From assembly GCF_001194135.2 (NCBI RefSeq), contig NC_068998.1, positions 18,558,254-18,612,022 of the forward strand: a stretch of 53,769 nt of DNA, read 5' to 3'. The notes beneath the pieces were generated by a model. It did no database searches. It was not told where the DNA came from and saw only the letters and a list, made by a program, of their open reading frames with translations. This stretch comes from Octopus bimaculoides. Its lineage: Eukaryota. Of the stretch, positions 1 to 11,184 are shown piece after piece; positions within the stretch are counted from its first letter, which is position 1, and each line of letters starts with the position of its first letter. Made by a program: the position numbers and the translations under genes.

Positions 1-34
<34 letters not shown>

Positions 35-41
<7 letters not shown>

Positions 42-888
42 TTATGAGAGGTAATGGTGTCGATAAGACTCAAAAGTGTCAGGTAATGCTGAGTAAGTGT
101 TATGGACAGACTATAGTTAAGCTCCAGGTTTGGTGATTATGCGAATGAGGAGTCCAACGTAGGTCATATATCAGCATGTGTATATATAAAAAAATTTTCA
201 GAATGAGACAAAAATCTCCCTGCATATCTCACGTCTATTTTCATTCCTCCACTTCACTCTCTACTTCATATCTTATCTAAAATAACTATTGCTTAACTAT
301 TTTCTCACACCGTCTCCGATGAAGGGATATATAAAATATCCTGGAAACAGCTGTAAGACCTATTCATAAATGTTCTAAAATCTTTCACAGCCTTGGATTT
401 TTATCTCATTCTGAAAATAAATTTTTTTATATATACATATGCTGATATATGACCTACATTGGACTCCTCATTCGCATAATCACCAAACCTGGAGCTTAAC
501 TATAGTCTGTCCATAACATTTACTCAGCATTACCTGACATCTTTGGGTCTTATTGACATCATTACCTCTCATAACCTATATTTCTTGCTATTATAAGCAC
601 TTATCTCAGGTAAAGCTTCAGTAATGGATAAACAATTCCTTGGCATTTCTCTTACGGACACTCCTATTCCTTCACAAAAGACTTTTCTCTTACTCCTCCT
701 TACCAAAACTAAGGGCCTCATCTGAAGAATCAGATGGAAGGCTTTCTTCCACGACAATCAGAAATGACAATAATACCAACAGCTACAACTTCAAATCATA
801 TAAGAACCCTCCACACGACCCCCATCTCAAAAATTTTGAAGCGGATATGTTTAATTTAATTAGAAATGTTAAATTCTCCAATACAAAT
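35..888 (+). mobile_element. Penelope-like element (PLE) 5' part: inverted pseudo-LTR plus degenerate ORF start
   Basis: Inverted arms about 35-216 and 396-581, abutting (AT)n. A hammerhead motif lies in the spacer. ORF from ATG 624 reads MDKQFLGISLTDTPIPSQKTFLLLLLTKTKGLI*RIRWKAFFH, then after a frameshift SYNFKSYKNPPHDPHLKNFEADMFNLIRNVKF, resembling invertebrate PLE N-termini (IPIPS...RWKA.F...FKS..PP...FE.D...LI.N.KF). Truncated by an RTE at about 889. Confidence 0.7.
312..359 (+). ncRNA. Minimal type-I hammerhead ribozyme-like motif (U4C core variant)
   Basis: Stem I GTCT(312-315)/AGAC(356-359). Core CCGATGA(316-322). Stem II GGGATA/TATCCT around loop TATAAAA. Then GAAA(344-347), palindromic stem III ACAGCTGT(347-354) and cleavage triplet GTA (after 355). 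Confidence 0.65.
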
Positions 889-2555
889 CTGGCTTTTGTG
901 CAGGACACGGCACTGCTAATGTGATCTTTTCAGCTAGGCAACTTCAGGAGAAGTGTGTGGAACAGGGTTTGGATTTATATGAGGTGTTTGTCGATCTGAC
1001 AGAAGCCTTTGATATCGTTAATAGAAATGCACTGTGGAAAGTCCTCCAGAAACTTGGGTGTCTTGAAAAGTTCCTTGCTTTGGTTAGGTCTTTTCATGAA
1101 GACATGAAGGGTAGGGTTAATGTTAGAGGGAAAATGTCGGAGCCTATCTCAATACAAAATGGAGTGAAACAGGGATATTCTGGCACCGATCCTATTTGCC
1201 ATATATTTTGTGATGGTTTTATGTATTGCATTCAGAAACTGCAGATATGGTGTTTACATCCATTATCGAACCTCTGGCAGCATATTTAATATCAGGCGCT
1301 TTGCTGCAAAAACAAAGGTATTTACAGATGATTGTGATCTAGTAGCGCACACAGAGATAGATATGCAACACATTTTGAATGCATTCTCTGATGCTTGCAT
1401 TGCCTTAGGATTGACAGTCAGTCTCAAGAAAACTGTTGTTATGTACCAACATGCCATGCCCCTGGTAAGCAGTATAGTGAACCAAATATCTGTGTGTATG
1501 GTAAACAACTTGATGTAGTTGATCAGTTTGTCTACCTGGGAAGCACTGTTAATAGATACAGCAATTTGGATTATGAAATTCCATACAGATTTAAGAAAGC
1601 AAGTGATGCTTTCGGAAGGCTAGAAAGGCGCCTCTGGAGTCGGCGAGACATATGCAGGAAGACAAAGATAAAGGTATACAAGGCATGTGTGCTCTCTTCT
1701 CCTTTTTATGCCTAGGACCACATCAGTGATCTTGAAATATTGGAAAGCTCTTGGTGTGAAAGTGTAGAAGCTCTTGTGTTAAAGCAAAGGCTCAGGTGGA
1801 GTGGGTCATCCGGTCAGGATGAAGGATTCAAGGATGCCAAAACAACTCTTATGGAGAGTTAGGTAAAGGAGAACGACCTCCACATAAACCAAAAAAGAAG
1901 TATAAGGACTTGCTGAAGGCTTCCTTAAGAGATGCTTGCATCTCTCCTGACACATGGGAGGGCATAGCTATTGGCCGTAGCAGATGGAGAAGGATTGTGA
2001 ACAAGGGGACAGCTACTTTTGAGAAATCTCAAGTTGCGCATGAGAAAGTAAGGAGGGATGTCAGGAAGGGCATCGCTGTTGCACTTCCAGATTGTAAGGG
2101 TCTTCCTATGATGNNNNNNNNNNAGGAGGGATGTCAGGAAGGGCATCGCTGTTGCACTTCCAGATTGTAAGGGTCTTCCTATGATGCTGACATGCAGTGT
2201 CTGTGCAAGACCCTGCCTCAGTAAAGCTGCACTCAAGAGCCATCTTCGTAGTCTTAAAGCGAGACAGATGATTGACAACCAGGTCACTGGTGGTGGTGCT
2301 ACACACCATACTAATCATATCTGTCAGATATGTAGAAGGGAGTGTAATTCGGCAGGAGGACTTAAACGACATGCAAAGGTACATGAAGCCCAGTTATAAC
2401 TACAGCCAGCCATTGCCGGTAAAGGTTTTAGCTGCCAATTCTGTACAAGACATTGTAGATCTTTAGCTGGGCTAAAAAAGTCACATTTGATCACAGCACC
2501 GATAACAGTTAAGCCTTGTGCAATGGCCATACCCATTAACGTGGGGGCAGCCATC
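889..2555 (+). mobile_element. 5'-truncated RTE (BovB-like) LINE, degenerate RT plus C-terminal C2H2-type zinc fingers
   Basis: GFCAGHGTANVIFSARQLQEKC..DLYEVFVDLTEAFDIVNRNALW..NGVKQG; LAPILF; DDCDLVAH; FVYLGS; KASDAFGRL..KTKIKVYKACVLS. Frameshifts and stops are present. The 3' end gcagccatcatg runs into a microsatellite. Confidence 0.92.
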
Positions 2556-2616
2556 ATGTATGTATGCATGTGTATATATATATATATATTATATGTATAT
2601 ATATATATGTATGTAT

Positions 2617-2648
<32 letters not shown>

Positions 2649-2804
2649 GTATATATATATATATATGTATGTATGTATGTATATATGTATGTATATATAT
2701 ATGTATGTATATATATATATATCTATGTATATATATATATGTGTGTGTGTGTGTGTATGTATGTATATATATATATATATATATATATAAGTATGTATGT
2801 ATGT
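2556..2804. repeat. (TA)n/(TATG)n/(TG)n compound microsatellite running into a gap
   Basis: Seen directly. Explains the MYVYIY pseudo-ORFs. Confidence 0.95.
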
Positions 2805-3339
2805 NNNNNNNNNNNNNNNNNNNNNNNNNNNNNNNNNNNNNNNNNNNNNNNNNNNNNNNNNNNNNNNNNNNNNNNNNNNNNNNNNNNNNNNNNNNNNNNN
2901 NNNNNNNNNNNNNNNNNNNNNNNNNNNNNNNNNNNNNNNNNNNNNNNNNNNNNNNNNNNNNNNNNNNNNNNNNNNNNNNNNNNNNNNNNNNNNNNNNNNN
3001 NNNNNNNNNNNNNNNNNNNNNNNNNNNNNNNNNNNNNNNNNNNNNNNNNNNNNNNNNNNNNNNNNNNNNNNNNNNNNNNNNNNNNNNNNNNNNNNNNNNN
3101 NNNNNNNNNNNNNNNNNNNNNNNNNNNNNNNNNNNNNNNNNNNNNNNNNNNNNNNNNNNNNNNNNNNNNNNNNNNNNNNNNNNNNNNNNNNNNNNNNNNN
3201 NNNNNNNNNNNNNNNNNNNNNNNNNNNNNNNNNNNNNNNNNNNNNNNNNNNNNNNNNNNNNNNNNNNNNNNNNNNNNNNNNNNNNNNNNNNNNNNNNNNN
3301 NNNNNNNNNNNNNNNNNNNNNNNNNNNNNNTATATATGT

Positions 3340-3518
3340 TTTTTAATCGAAATCTTTTAATTGACAATAAACCTATTTGTTAAATGAATAAATGTCAAAA
3401 TATATGTTATTTTAAGCAAATATTTATGTATAAATTTCATAAGCGTTTATAAGGGGGTCCCTAAGGCAAAGCCTGAAATATAAAGGGGTCCGCAAGTCAA
3501 AAAGTTTGAAAACCCCTG
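3340..3518 (+). mobile_element. hAT (Charlie-like) MITE, 3' fragment
   Basis: Ends aaaggggtccgcaagtcaaaaagtttgaaaacccctg followed by ctctaatc. Similar to the ends of the copies at 21809-22224 and 52242-52554. Confidence 0.5.
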
Positions 3519-3885
3519 CTCTAATCAATGATTTTTGTCTCTGGCTCAGTCTCACTTGAGCCCTTTTTTTTTTTGCAGTCCTTTATATCTTTTTTGTTTC
3601 CATAAAAAGAAATGGAAACTATTTCTTGTCACGCACGCATGCGCACACACACACACACACAAACCATAATTAGTTAGGAGTATGAGAGTTGAATATATTT
3701 ATTTATCTACTTATCATCCTTAAGGTTACACCCATTTCACAGCCTTCTACATGCAATAATAATTTCAGTGTATAGTAAATTATGTCTACATATCTACACT
3801 AATATGCATTATACAATACAATTGTAAATTCACAAATCAATGCAGATGTATTTTTATATATATCCTTTTTGTACTTTATTTACAG

Positions 3886-4019
3886 TTAGATATATCTATT
3901 GATGGAGCTGATGAAGTTGACAGCCAACTGAATTGCATCAAAGGTGGTGGTGCATGTCAGTTCCAAGAAAAGATTGTTGTCTCATGTGCGAAAGACTTTA
4001 TAATTATTGCCGATTACAG
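3886..4019 (+). CDS. RPIA: Ribose-5-phosphate isomerase A, internal exon (134 nt, phase 0 to 2)
   Basis: Acceptor tttatttacag, then [44 protein letters not shown](R), then donor gtaaaa. Contains the RpiA signature DGADEVD...IKGGG...EKIV. Confidence 0.97.
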
Positions 4020-4679
4020 GTAAAACCCTTGTTCTGTTCATCATGTATTTTGTTTTGTTTTTTTATATTTCAAATCTGTCCTATCTATACTATCATGGGA
4101 GTCTCACTCTGAGAAATTGCAACCAAATCCCTTTTAGTTACTAAGGACGTGAGAGAGAGAGTGAAAGAGACAGTGAGTGGTGATAGTGTTCGTTTTGTAT
4201 TTTTAAATGTTTATCACGTCACAAGAAAAGTAGATACATAGATACATTGTTAAATAAAAAGTGGGAGAGAAGAGTGACGCAAAGGAAGTGAAAGAGAAAG
4301 AGAAAGTGAGAGAGACAGTAGATACAAAAATCCAAAGAAAAGTTCATACATAGATATATGCACACAGCAAATATTGGCTGTCAATTTCACTTTTCATTAC
4401 CACACGAGGATAAAATTAACTCACAAATGGCTGTGAGGAGATTTAGCCTCACACAGAATATGACAAGGCTGGCCCCTTTGAGTTACAGCTACAACTCGAG
4501 ACATATATATATGAATGTATTTGTGTGTGTAAATAGTATAGGTTTGTTAAAACATGTTTGCAATAATAGGTGTTGTGTGGTGGAAATAAACACAATTACC
4601 AAAGTTTTATTTATAAATCCTTTTATTATTTTGTTCTTTTGCATTTCAATTTGTACATTTGTACCCATATATGTATGTG

Positions 4680-4885
4680 TATGTGTCTGTGTTTATACCA
4701 CCACCACCATTGCTTGACAACTGATGTTGGTGCGTTTGCGTCCCTATAACTTAGTTGTTCAGCAGAAGAGACTGATAGAATAAGCACCAGGCTTACAGGG
4801 AATAAGTCCAGGGTCAATTTCTTCGACTAAAGGGTGGTGCTCCATCATGGCCACCATCAAATGACTGAATCAAGAATAAAAGAAT
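4680..4885 (+). mobile_element. tRNA-derived SINE family A, 3' half
   Basis: Matches the reverse complement of the full copy at 12020-12390 (gcttgacaac..gatagaataag.acc.aggcttac..aaatgactgaa). Confidence 0.8.
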
Positions 4886-5039
4886 TCCAGAAAAACTAAA
4901 CCAAGAATATGTACGATGTATTTTAAGGTTAAATAGTAATGCTATTTACGTTTGTGTAACATTTTGGTTGGATTATATAGTCACTGGTGTTACATTACTT
5001 TCTGTATTCTGTAATTGTCGTAATATACTTTTCTAGGCC

Positions 5040-6035
5040 TTAAATTTTTGTGGGGAGGGGGCCAGTTGATTAGATCGACCCCAGTGCACAACTGGTACTT
5101 AATTTATCGATCCCGAAAGGACAAGTTGATCTCGACAGAATTTGAACTCAGAACGTAAAGACAGACGATCATAATATACAAACATTTCTCATGGCACCAG
5201 TACACTGTTTACAGATGCTTACATTTTTCATGTTTTCTGCGAATTTTTCACGGGTCCAGCTAGTTTATATAATCGTCAGTGAAAGGCAGCAGGCTGGCAG
5301 AATCATTAGCACACTGGGCAAAATGCTTACCAGCATTTTGTCTGTCTTTACATTCTGAGTTCAAATTCCACTGAGGTCAGTTTTGTCTTTCATCCTTTCA
5401 GGATTGATAAAATAAGTACCAGCTGGGTACTGGGGATGATGTAATCGATTTTCCCCCTCCCCTGACATTGCTGGCCTTGTGCCAAAATTTGAAACCAATT
5501 TTTAATTATAAGGTGGCAAGCTAACAGAATCATTAGCATGACAGGAAAAATGCTTAAAGGCATTCTGTCCATCTTTATGTTTTGAGTTCAAAATCCACCA
5601 AGGTCAACTTAGCCCTTCATCTTTTCAGGCTCAATAAAAGAAGTACCAGCTGACTTGACTTGTCCCCCAAATCTGCTGGCCTTGTGCCAAAATTTGAAAC
5701 TGATGTAACTGTCAGCAAACAATGCAAGTTCAAAAATACATCCAACTTATGATTTACTAAAGGATGGTCGTACACATTAGTGGCAATGGTCTTGAAGTCA
5801 AAAACTTTGAAGAACAGCAGTTCAGTAACCGTTTCTATGATAGGTGCAAGGCCTGATATTTTGTGGGAGGGAGTTACTAGATTATGTTGGCACTTATTTT
5901 ATCAACCCTGAAAAGATGAAAGGCAAAGTCAAACTTGGCAGAATTTGGACTCAGTGTTAAGATGGACGAAATGCTGTTAAGCATTTTGTTCAGTGTGCTG
6001 CTAATGATTCTGCCAACTCACCACCTTACAACAGT
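5040..6035. mobile_element. Cluster of four SINE family B copies (5040-5170 -, 5282-5500 +, 5510-5700 +, 5850-6035 -)
   Basis: Shared B-box-like gagttcaaattcc and core cctttcatcctttc.gg.t.gataaaataagtaccag. The tail is tgctggccttgtgccaaaatttgaaac. Confidence 0.85.
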
Positions 6036-6251
6036 TCAATGATAGGTCAGATTTTTCGCACTTGTATCTTGAAATAGATACACCTGCACACAGACAGACA
6101 GACAGACACACACATCCCATCTTAGTTTTAGAATAGTTATTGTGTCCCTATATGTCGCAAAAGGGTTGGCAATAGGAAGAGCATCCACCTGTAAAACACT
6201 GCCCTAGGAAGCCTGTCTAATCCATGCTAGGACAGAAAAGCAAATGTAAAA

Positions 6252-6610
6252 TGATAATGATGATATACACTCACACAAAGTATCTGAGATATTTGGAGTG
6301 TGTGTGTATGTGTATCATATATCAGATATATTATCTATGACAAAAAGACAAGGAAGAAGGATGACATAAAATGGAATAGTAAAATTAAAAAAGAAAAAAT
6401 TTTTTAAAGTGTAATATGGTATGCAAAAATGATTGATTAAAGAAAAATTCCCAATTTTATGGAATAGGTACAGGTGTGGTTGTATGCTTGAAAAGCTTTC
6501 CAAAACAGACAATAAAACCTGGTGTGGTCCTCTGGCTTGCAAACTCCTGTCAAGCTGTCCAACCCATGCCAGCATGGAAAACGGATGTTAAATGATGATT
6601 GATATATATA

Positions 6611-6645
<35 letters not shown>

Positions 6646-7458
6646 CATCATCATCATCATCGTTTAACGTCCGCTTTCTAATGATGATGATGATATATAT
6701 ATATATATATCAATCATCATTTAACATCCGTTTTCCATGCTGGCATGGGTTGGACAGCTTGATAGGAGCTTGCAAGCCAGAGNNNNNNNNNNNNNNNNNN
6801 NNNNNNNNNNNNNNNNNNNNNNNNNNNNNNNNNNNNNNNNNNNNNNNNNNNNNNNNNNNNNNNNNNNNNNNNNNNNNNNNNNNNNNNNNNNNNNNNNNNN
6901 NNNNNNNNNNNNNNNNNNNNNNNNNNNNNNNNNNNNNNNNNNNNNNNNNNNNNNNNNNNNNNNNNNNNNNNNNNNNNNNNNNNNNNNNNNNNNNNNNNNN
7001 NNNNNNNNNNNNNNNNNNNNNNNNNNNNNNATCATCATCATCATCATCGTTTAACGTCCGCTTTCTAATGATGATGATGATATATATATATATATATCAA
7101 TCATCATTTAACATCCGTTTTCCATGCTGGCATGGGTTGGACAGCTTGATAGGAGCTTGCAAGCCAGAGGACCACACTAGGTTTTATTGTCTGTTTTGGC
7201 AAGCTTTTCAAGCATACAACCACACCCGTTCCTATTCCATAAAATTGGGAATTTTTGTTTAATCAATCATTTTTGCATACCATATTACACTTTAAAAAAA
7301 AAATTTTTTTCTTTTTTAGTTTTTCTATTCCATTTTATGTCATTCTTCTTCTTCCTTGCTTTTTTGTCATAGATAATATATCTGATATATGATACACATA
7401 CACACACAGCCCGAGTATTTCAGATACTTTGTGTGAGTGTATATCATCATCGTTATCA
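6252..7458. repeat. Inverted duplication (arms about 6252-6610 and 7088-7458) around microsatellites and a gap
   Basis: The right arm is the reverse complement of the left arm over about 350 bp with scattered mismatches. Each arm includes unique AT-rich DNA plus an RTE tail. Confidence 0.9.
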
Positions 7459-7464
7459 GATATT

Positions 7465-7860
7465 ATGTGTTCACCAGACTGATAGGTGATCAGGTGGCTG
7501 GCTGGTTTCCTGAAGTTAGTGTTGCAGATCATGAGATCATTTGCACCACAGAACTCCAGCAGCCTTGTTCCCTCTTCATTTCTACAGCCAGTGCCATAGC
7601 CTCCATGCACACCATGAAATCCATGTAGATGCTGCCCAGCATTTCCATTGAAGTCACCAGCCACAATAACCAAGTCTCTGTCATTTGACATTGAAGTAGT
7701 TTACAAAAGGACCTCATAACGTTGGTTCTTCTGGTCATCAGCCAGCCCAGATTATGGAGCATAAACTAAGTGAATGTATCTAATTTATCTAAGACTAGCA
7801 ATGCACCCCAGCGTTGCCCAGGTGTTATGACCTTCAGTCACATTGTATTGTTCCTTTCTT
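7465..7860 (-). mobile_element. RTE LINE APE-endonuclease fragment
   Basis: SLYAP*SGL..; DRDLVIVAGDFNGNAGQ..GVHGGYGTGCRNEEGTRLLEFCGANDLMICNTNFRKPASHLITYQSG. Confidence 0.9.
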
Positions 7861-7929
7861 ATGAGCAGAATTGGCACAGGAGGAGTATGAAGCAAACCAC
7901 TCTTCATTATAAACATGTTTTATGGTCAT

Positions 7930-8095
7930 TTTCTGATGAACAACGCTGCAGTTTCCGTCTATCAAATTCAGTCACAAGTTTATGATTGACCTAAGGCTAT
8001 AATAGAAAACACTTGCCCAAGGTACCATAGAGAGGGACTGAACACAGAACCATATGGTTGGGAAGCAAACTTCGCAAGCACACAGTCATTTTTGC
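7930..8095 (-). mobile_element. SINE family A, 5' half
   Basis: cacttgcccaaggtacca..gggactgaacacagaaccatatggttgggaagcaaactt, as in the other family A heads. Confidence 0.75.
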
Positions 8096-9149
8096 ACCTA
8101 AAATATGTGTGTGTGTGTGTTGTTACATTTGTTGTTAAATCAAGTATTGTGTCCTACTATGTCTCAAAGCTTATCAAGCAGAGATCTATGAAATAAATGC
8201 CAAATTGAAATACATACTGAGGTCAGTATGATCAATTAAATTTTTGAAGGTGATACCCCATCATGGCAACAGTCAAAAGACTAAACCCAGTAAAATAATG
8301 TCTAAAGACTTAATGGCTTCAAATTTAAGGTAATGGATTACTAACCACCAGATAATTAGTTCAAAACTTCGTATTGAACTTCCACTCTTTACAATAACAG
8401 TTTATGTATATCTCAGTCTCCTTGACTTCCAGCAATTAACAATTATAATTTGAAGTTGAATGGTTAGCAGTAAGAAAGTTGACCAGATTTCTTTAAAAAT
8501 TTATTGTGCAAAATATTCTGAGAAAAAGTATTTTTTTCACCACAACAAAATGTGCATGCGTGCACACACATGCAGGTATGTCTGGTAACTCGAGCTACTA
8601 CATATAGCTGTTACATCTCTCTTAAAACACACTCTTTCATCAAAAGAAAGACACAGACTTACAGTATTTCAGGAAGAAAAAAAGAAAAAACTACACAATG
8701 GGTCTGCTACATCAGAGGCAACTCTGGGCTAAACAAAACACAAACATACTTCACATTAAAAGATTATCTACTAAATAATACTAATAAAATTGATGGTATT
8801 TCTTTGAAGTTATATTCCCTGGTAAAACTCCACATAGATTGTTCAAGCAGAGTTGCCTTCCTTAGCTAAAGACCTCAAAATTGTGCACCCCGACCTCATT
8901 TTCGAGGTTATTTTTGTAGTAAAAAAGCATTGTTGTGTAAAAAAAACATACCTTATTTGGTAGCTGAAAGATTACTGAATCTTTTGATACCTCATATGTC
9001 AAAATTGGCAACTCAGTTTTCCTCCTTCCATACTAGCATATACACACGCACACACACACACATATACATACATATTTATCATATAAACCTTAATGCAATA
9101 AGAAGGGCTCTTTAACTATACATAGCTTTAGCAAGATGTTGATGGGAAA

Positions 9150-9590
9150 GAGGAAATGTAAACAGGCTAGCAGATGTTGTTTCACACTACTAGTCACAAT
9201 ATGCTTCCAGTTTTGTCTTGATTGCACTGTTTTTTTCCATCTTTGACCCCAAATTGCTCAACCAAATCGTCTTCCCATCATCGTGGATTTTCCAAGTGGC
9301 CATTTCCAATCTCTTGGATACCACTTGGCCACTGTACAGACCCACTTGTTGTCTCTAAACCTTGTGACATGTCCAGCCCAACAGAACTTGTGCTTTCGGT
9401 ATTCTTTGATCACATTGTTCACTTCATTCCATTCACTAATTATCTCATTTCAAATGTCCTCTCTTAATGATATTCCTAGCAAGGATCTTTCCATGGCCCT
9501 TTGTATCATAGCCAATAGATGGTCAATCCTCTTCATAGTAGCTCACATCTCACTTGCATATAGGAGCACAGGTGCTATTGAAGAGTCTGG
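9150..9590 (-). mobile_element. RTE-1-like LINE C-terminal fragment (second RTE lineage)
   Basis: YASEMATMKRIDHLLAMIQRAMERSLLGISLRED..KHKFCWAGHVTRFRDNKWVCTVAKWYPRDWKWPLGK, matching the RTE-1 pattern YASE..QRAMER..LG.SL..WAGHV.R..D..W...W.PR. Confidence 0.8.
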
Positions 9591-9726
9591 CATGTATGGC
9601 ATTGTTTAGTTCTGTTTGGAACACATACTTTATAGATAGGAGAGTATTGTAGTTCGCTTGAAGCATTGTGTATTGTTTGTAAAGAATAAAAAGTTTTGAA
9701 TGGTACAACAATGCACTATAAAACAA

Positions 9727-9907
9727 AAAATGGACTATATACCTGTTGTAATTTGGTTATCTATAGTCCGATGATATTTCGGAATTACAATTCCTTCTTC
9801 AGATTTTCTTAGCTGGAGTTCTGCTAGAAACTCCAGCTAAGAATTGTAATTCCGAAATATCATCGGACTATAGATAACCAAATTACAACAGGTATATAGT
9901 CCATTTT
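9727..9907. repeat. Perfect foldback: 67-bp arms (9727-9793 / 9841-9907) plus a 12-bp inner stem (9809-9820 / 9829-9840)
   Basis: Arms checked base by base as exact reverse complements. There is a 15-nt bulge at 9794-9808 and an 8-nt loop. Confidence 0.95.
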
Positions 9908-10154
9908 ATACTTTATAGAGTTAAATGCCTTCCATCCTGCCCTTATTCTCTTTGAGATTTCAGTATCCATATCTCAGCACATATTCACTGTGTATCCTAA
10001 GTAGATGTACTCCTTCACCTCCTTGATTTCATCACTTCCCACCTCTATTTGCCCTTGCATTACATTTTCCGATCACATATATTTTGTTTTCATATGGAAC
10101 CCCCCCCCCCCCCTTNNNNNNNNNNNNNNNCCCCCCCCCCCACCTTATACGCAT

Positions 10155-10450
10155 ATGAGGTGGTATAAAAAAAATCCCAGATTAATTCTGTAGCACACCA
10201 ACAGGTGGCAGCACATGATTGTGTGTACAGCGAGGGCTAGCAGCGACCTTTATGAGGCAGTGTGCCAAGTGACATCAGTGTTTTTATTTCACAAGTTGTT
10301 GAAATTTGTGTTTTTATGATCACTTGTATGCTGTAGTCTGCTGTTCATTTTAAGACCTACAACTAAGCTCTGAGTGTTCACATCTGTCTGTATTGTCTGC
10401 GGCTGGCTTGCAGTTTCAGCAATTCAAAAATTTGCCAAATGATGACCTGA
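10155..10450 (+). mobile_element. Possible mariner-like 5' end
   Basis: TA followed by tgaggtggtataaaaaaaatcccag resembles mariner TIR starts. No partner TIR or ORF was found. Confidence 0.3.
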
Positions 10451-11184
10451 AAAGATAGATGTAAAGCAATACACAAATGTGTACAGTATACCTATCTGTC
10501 TCCCCACCCTCTCTCTTTTCCATTAGTATTTCAAGAAGTTGTACTGGTTCCTGCAATGTTGCCTGTTATTTCTTCCATATAGCTATCAGTTTCCTAGTAA
10601 GATATATATCTAATTAGTCTCTCAAAAACCTTTCAACTTCTGTTTATGCTTGTTCTATTTCTGCCACCTGAAAGGCTGCACGTAAGTCTTATTTTATTCA
10701 ATAACAAGCTCAGTGCAGCCTTTTCATAATTTGTTGTCTGGTGACTTTTTATGTTGTAAGCTGGGTATACTGTGAAGCTTAAAGATTGTGTTGTATATTC
10801 TGCAGAATGGAAACAACATAGTTAAGTTTATATACCCTTTCATAAGTTCAAATCTTTCTCTCTTTCTCCTTTTTCTCCCCCTCTCTCTGTCTCACACTTC
10901 CTACCTACCTACCTACCTTCCTTCCTCACCTCCCTTTCTTTTTTATCTTCTCCTTCCCTCCCTCCCCCCTCTCTTTCTTCCTTCCTTTCTTTTTTCTTTC
11001 TTTCTTCTCTTCTCCATCCCTTCCTTTCGGCAAACCACTGATTTCAAGCAATGTTATATTTCTCCATAGCCAGGTGTCTTCTCACATAAGATTAAAAGCA
11101 AAGGGGACCACTTGTATGACCATCATTCCATGCTAATACAAGAGGTCACAAACAGGTATGTGCACACATCACGATATGTCTGTG

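Noticed and set aside
720-725. In-frame TGA in the PLE-like ORF (GLI*RIRWKA) as a possible selenocysteine
   Set aside because: The position corresponds to K/R in the motif as I recall it, the ORF also has a frameshift, and no SECIS is seen. It is simpler as a decay mutation.
2051-2186. Direct repeat of 63 bp across a 10-N gap inside the RTE
   Set aside because: Identical sequence either side of a tiny gap indicates a contig-overlap assembly artefact.
2487-3383. Long ORFs in the ORF track spanning microsatellites or N runs (also at 18062-18734, 37526-38178, 40916-41890, 42657-43574)
   Set aside because: They are artefacts of dinucleotide repeats and Ns lacking stop codons.
6645-7168. Direct repeat 6645-6782 / 7031-7168
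   Set aside because: Identical copies flank an N gap, so this is most likely an unmerged contig overlap, not a tandem duplication.
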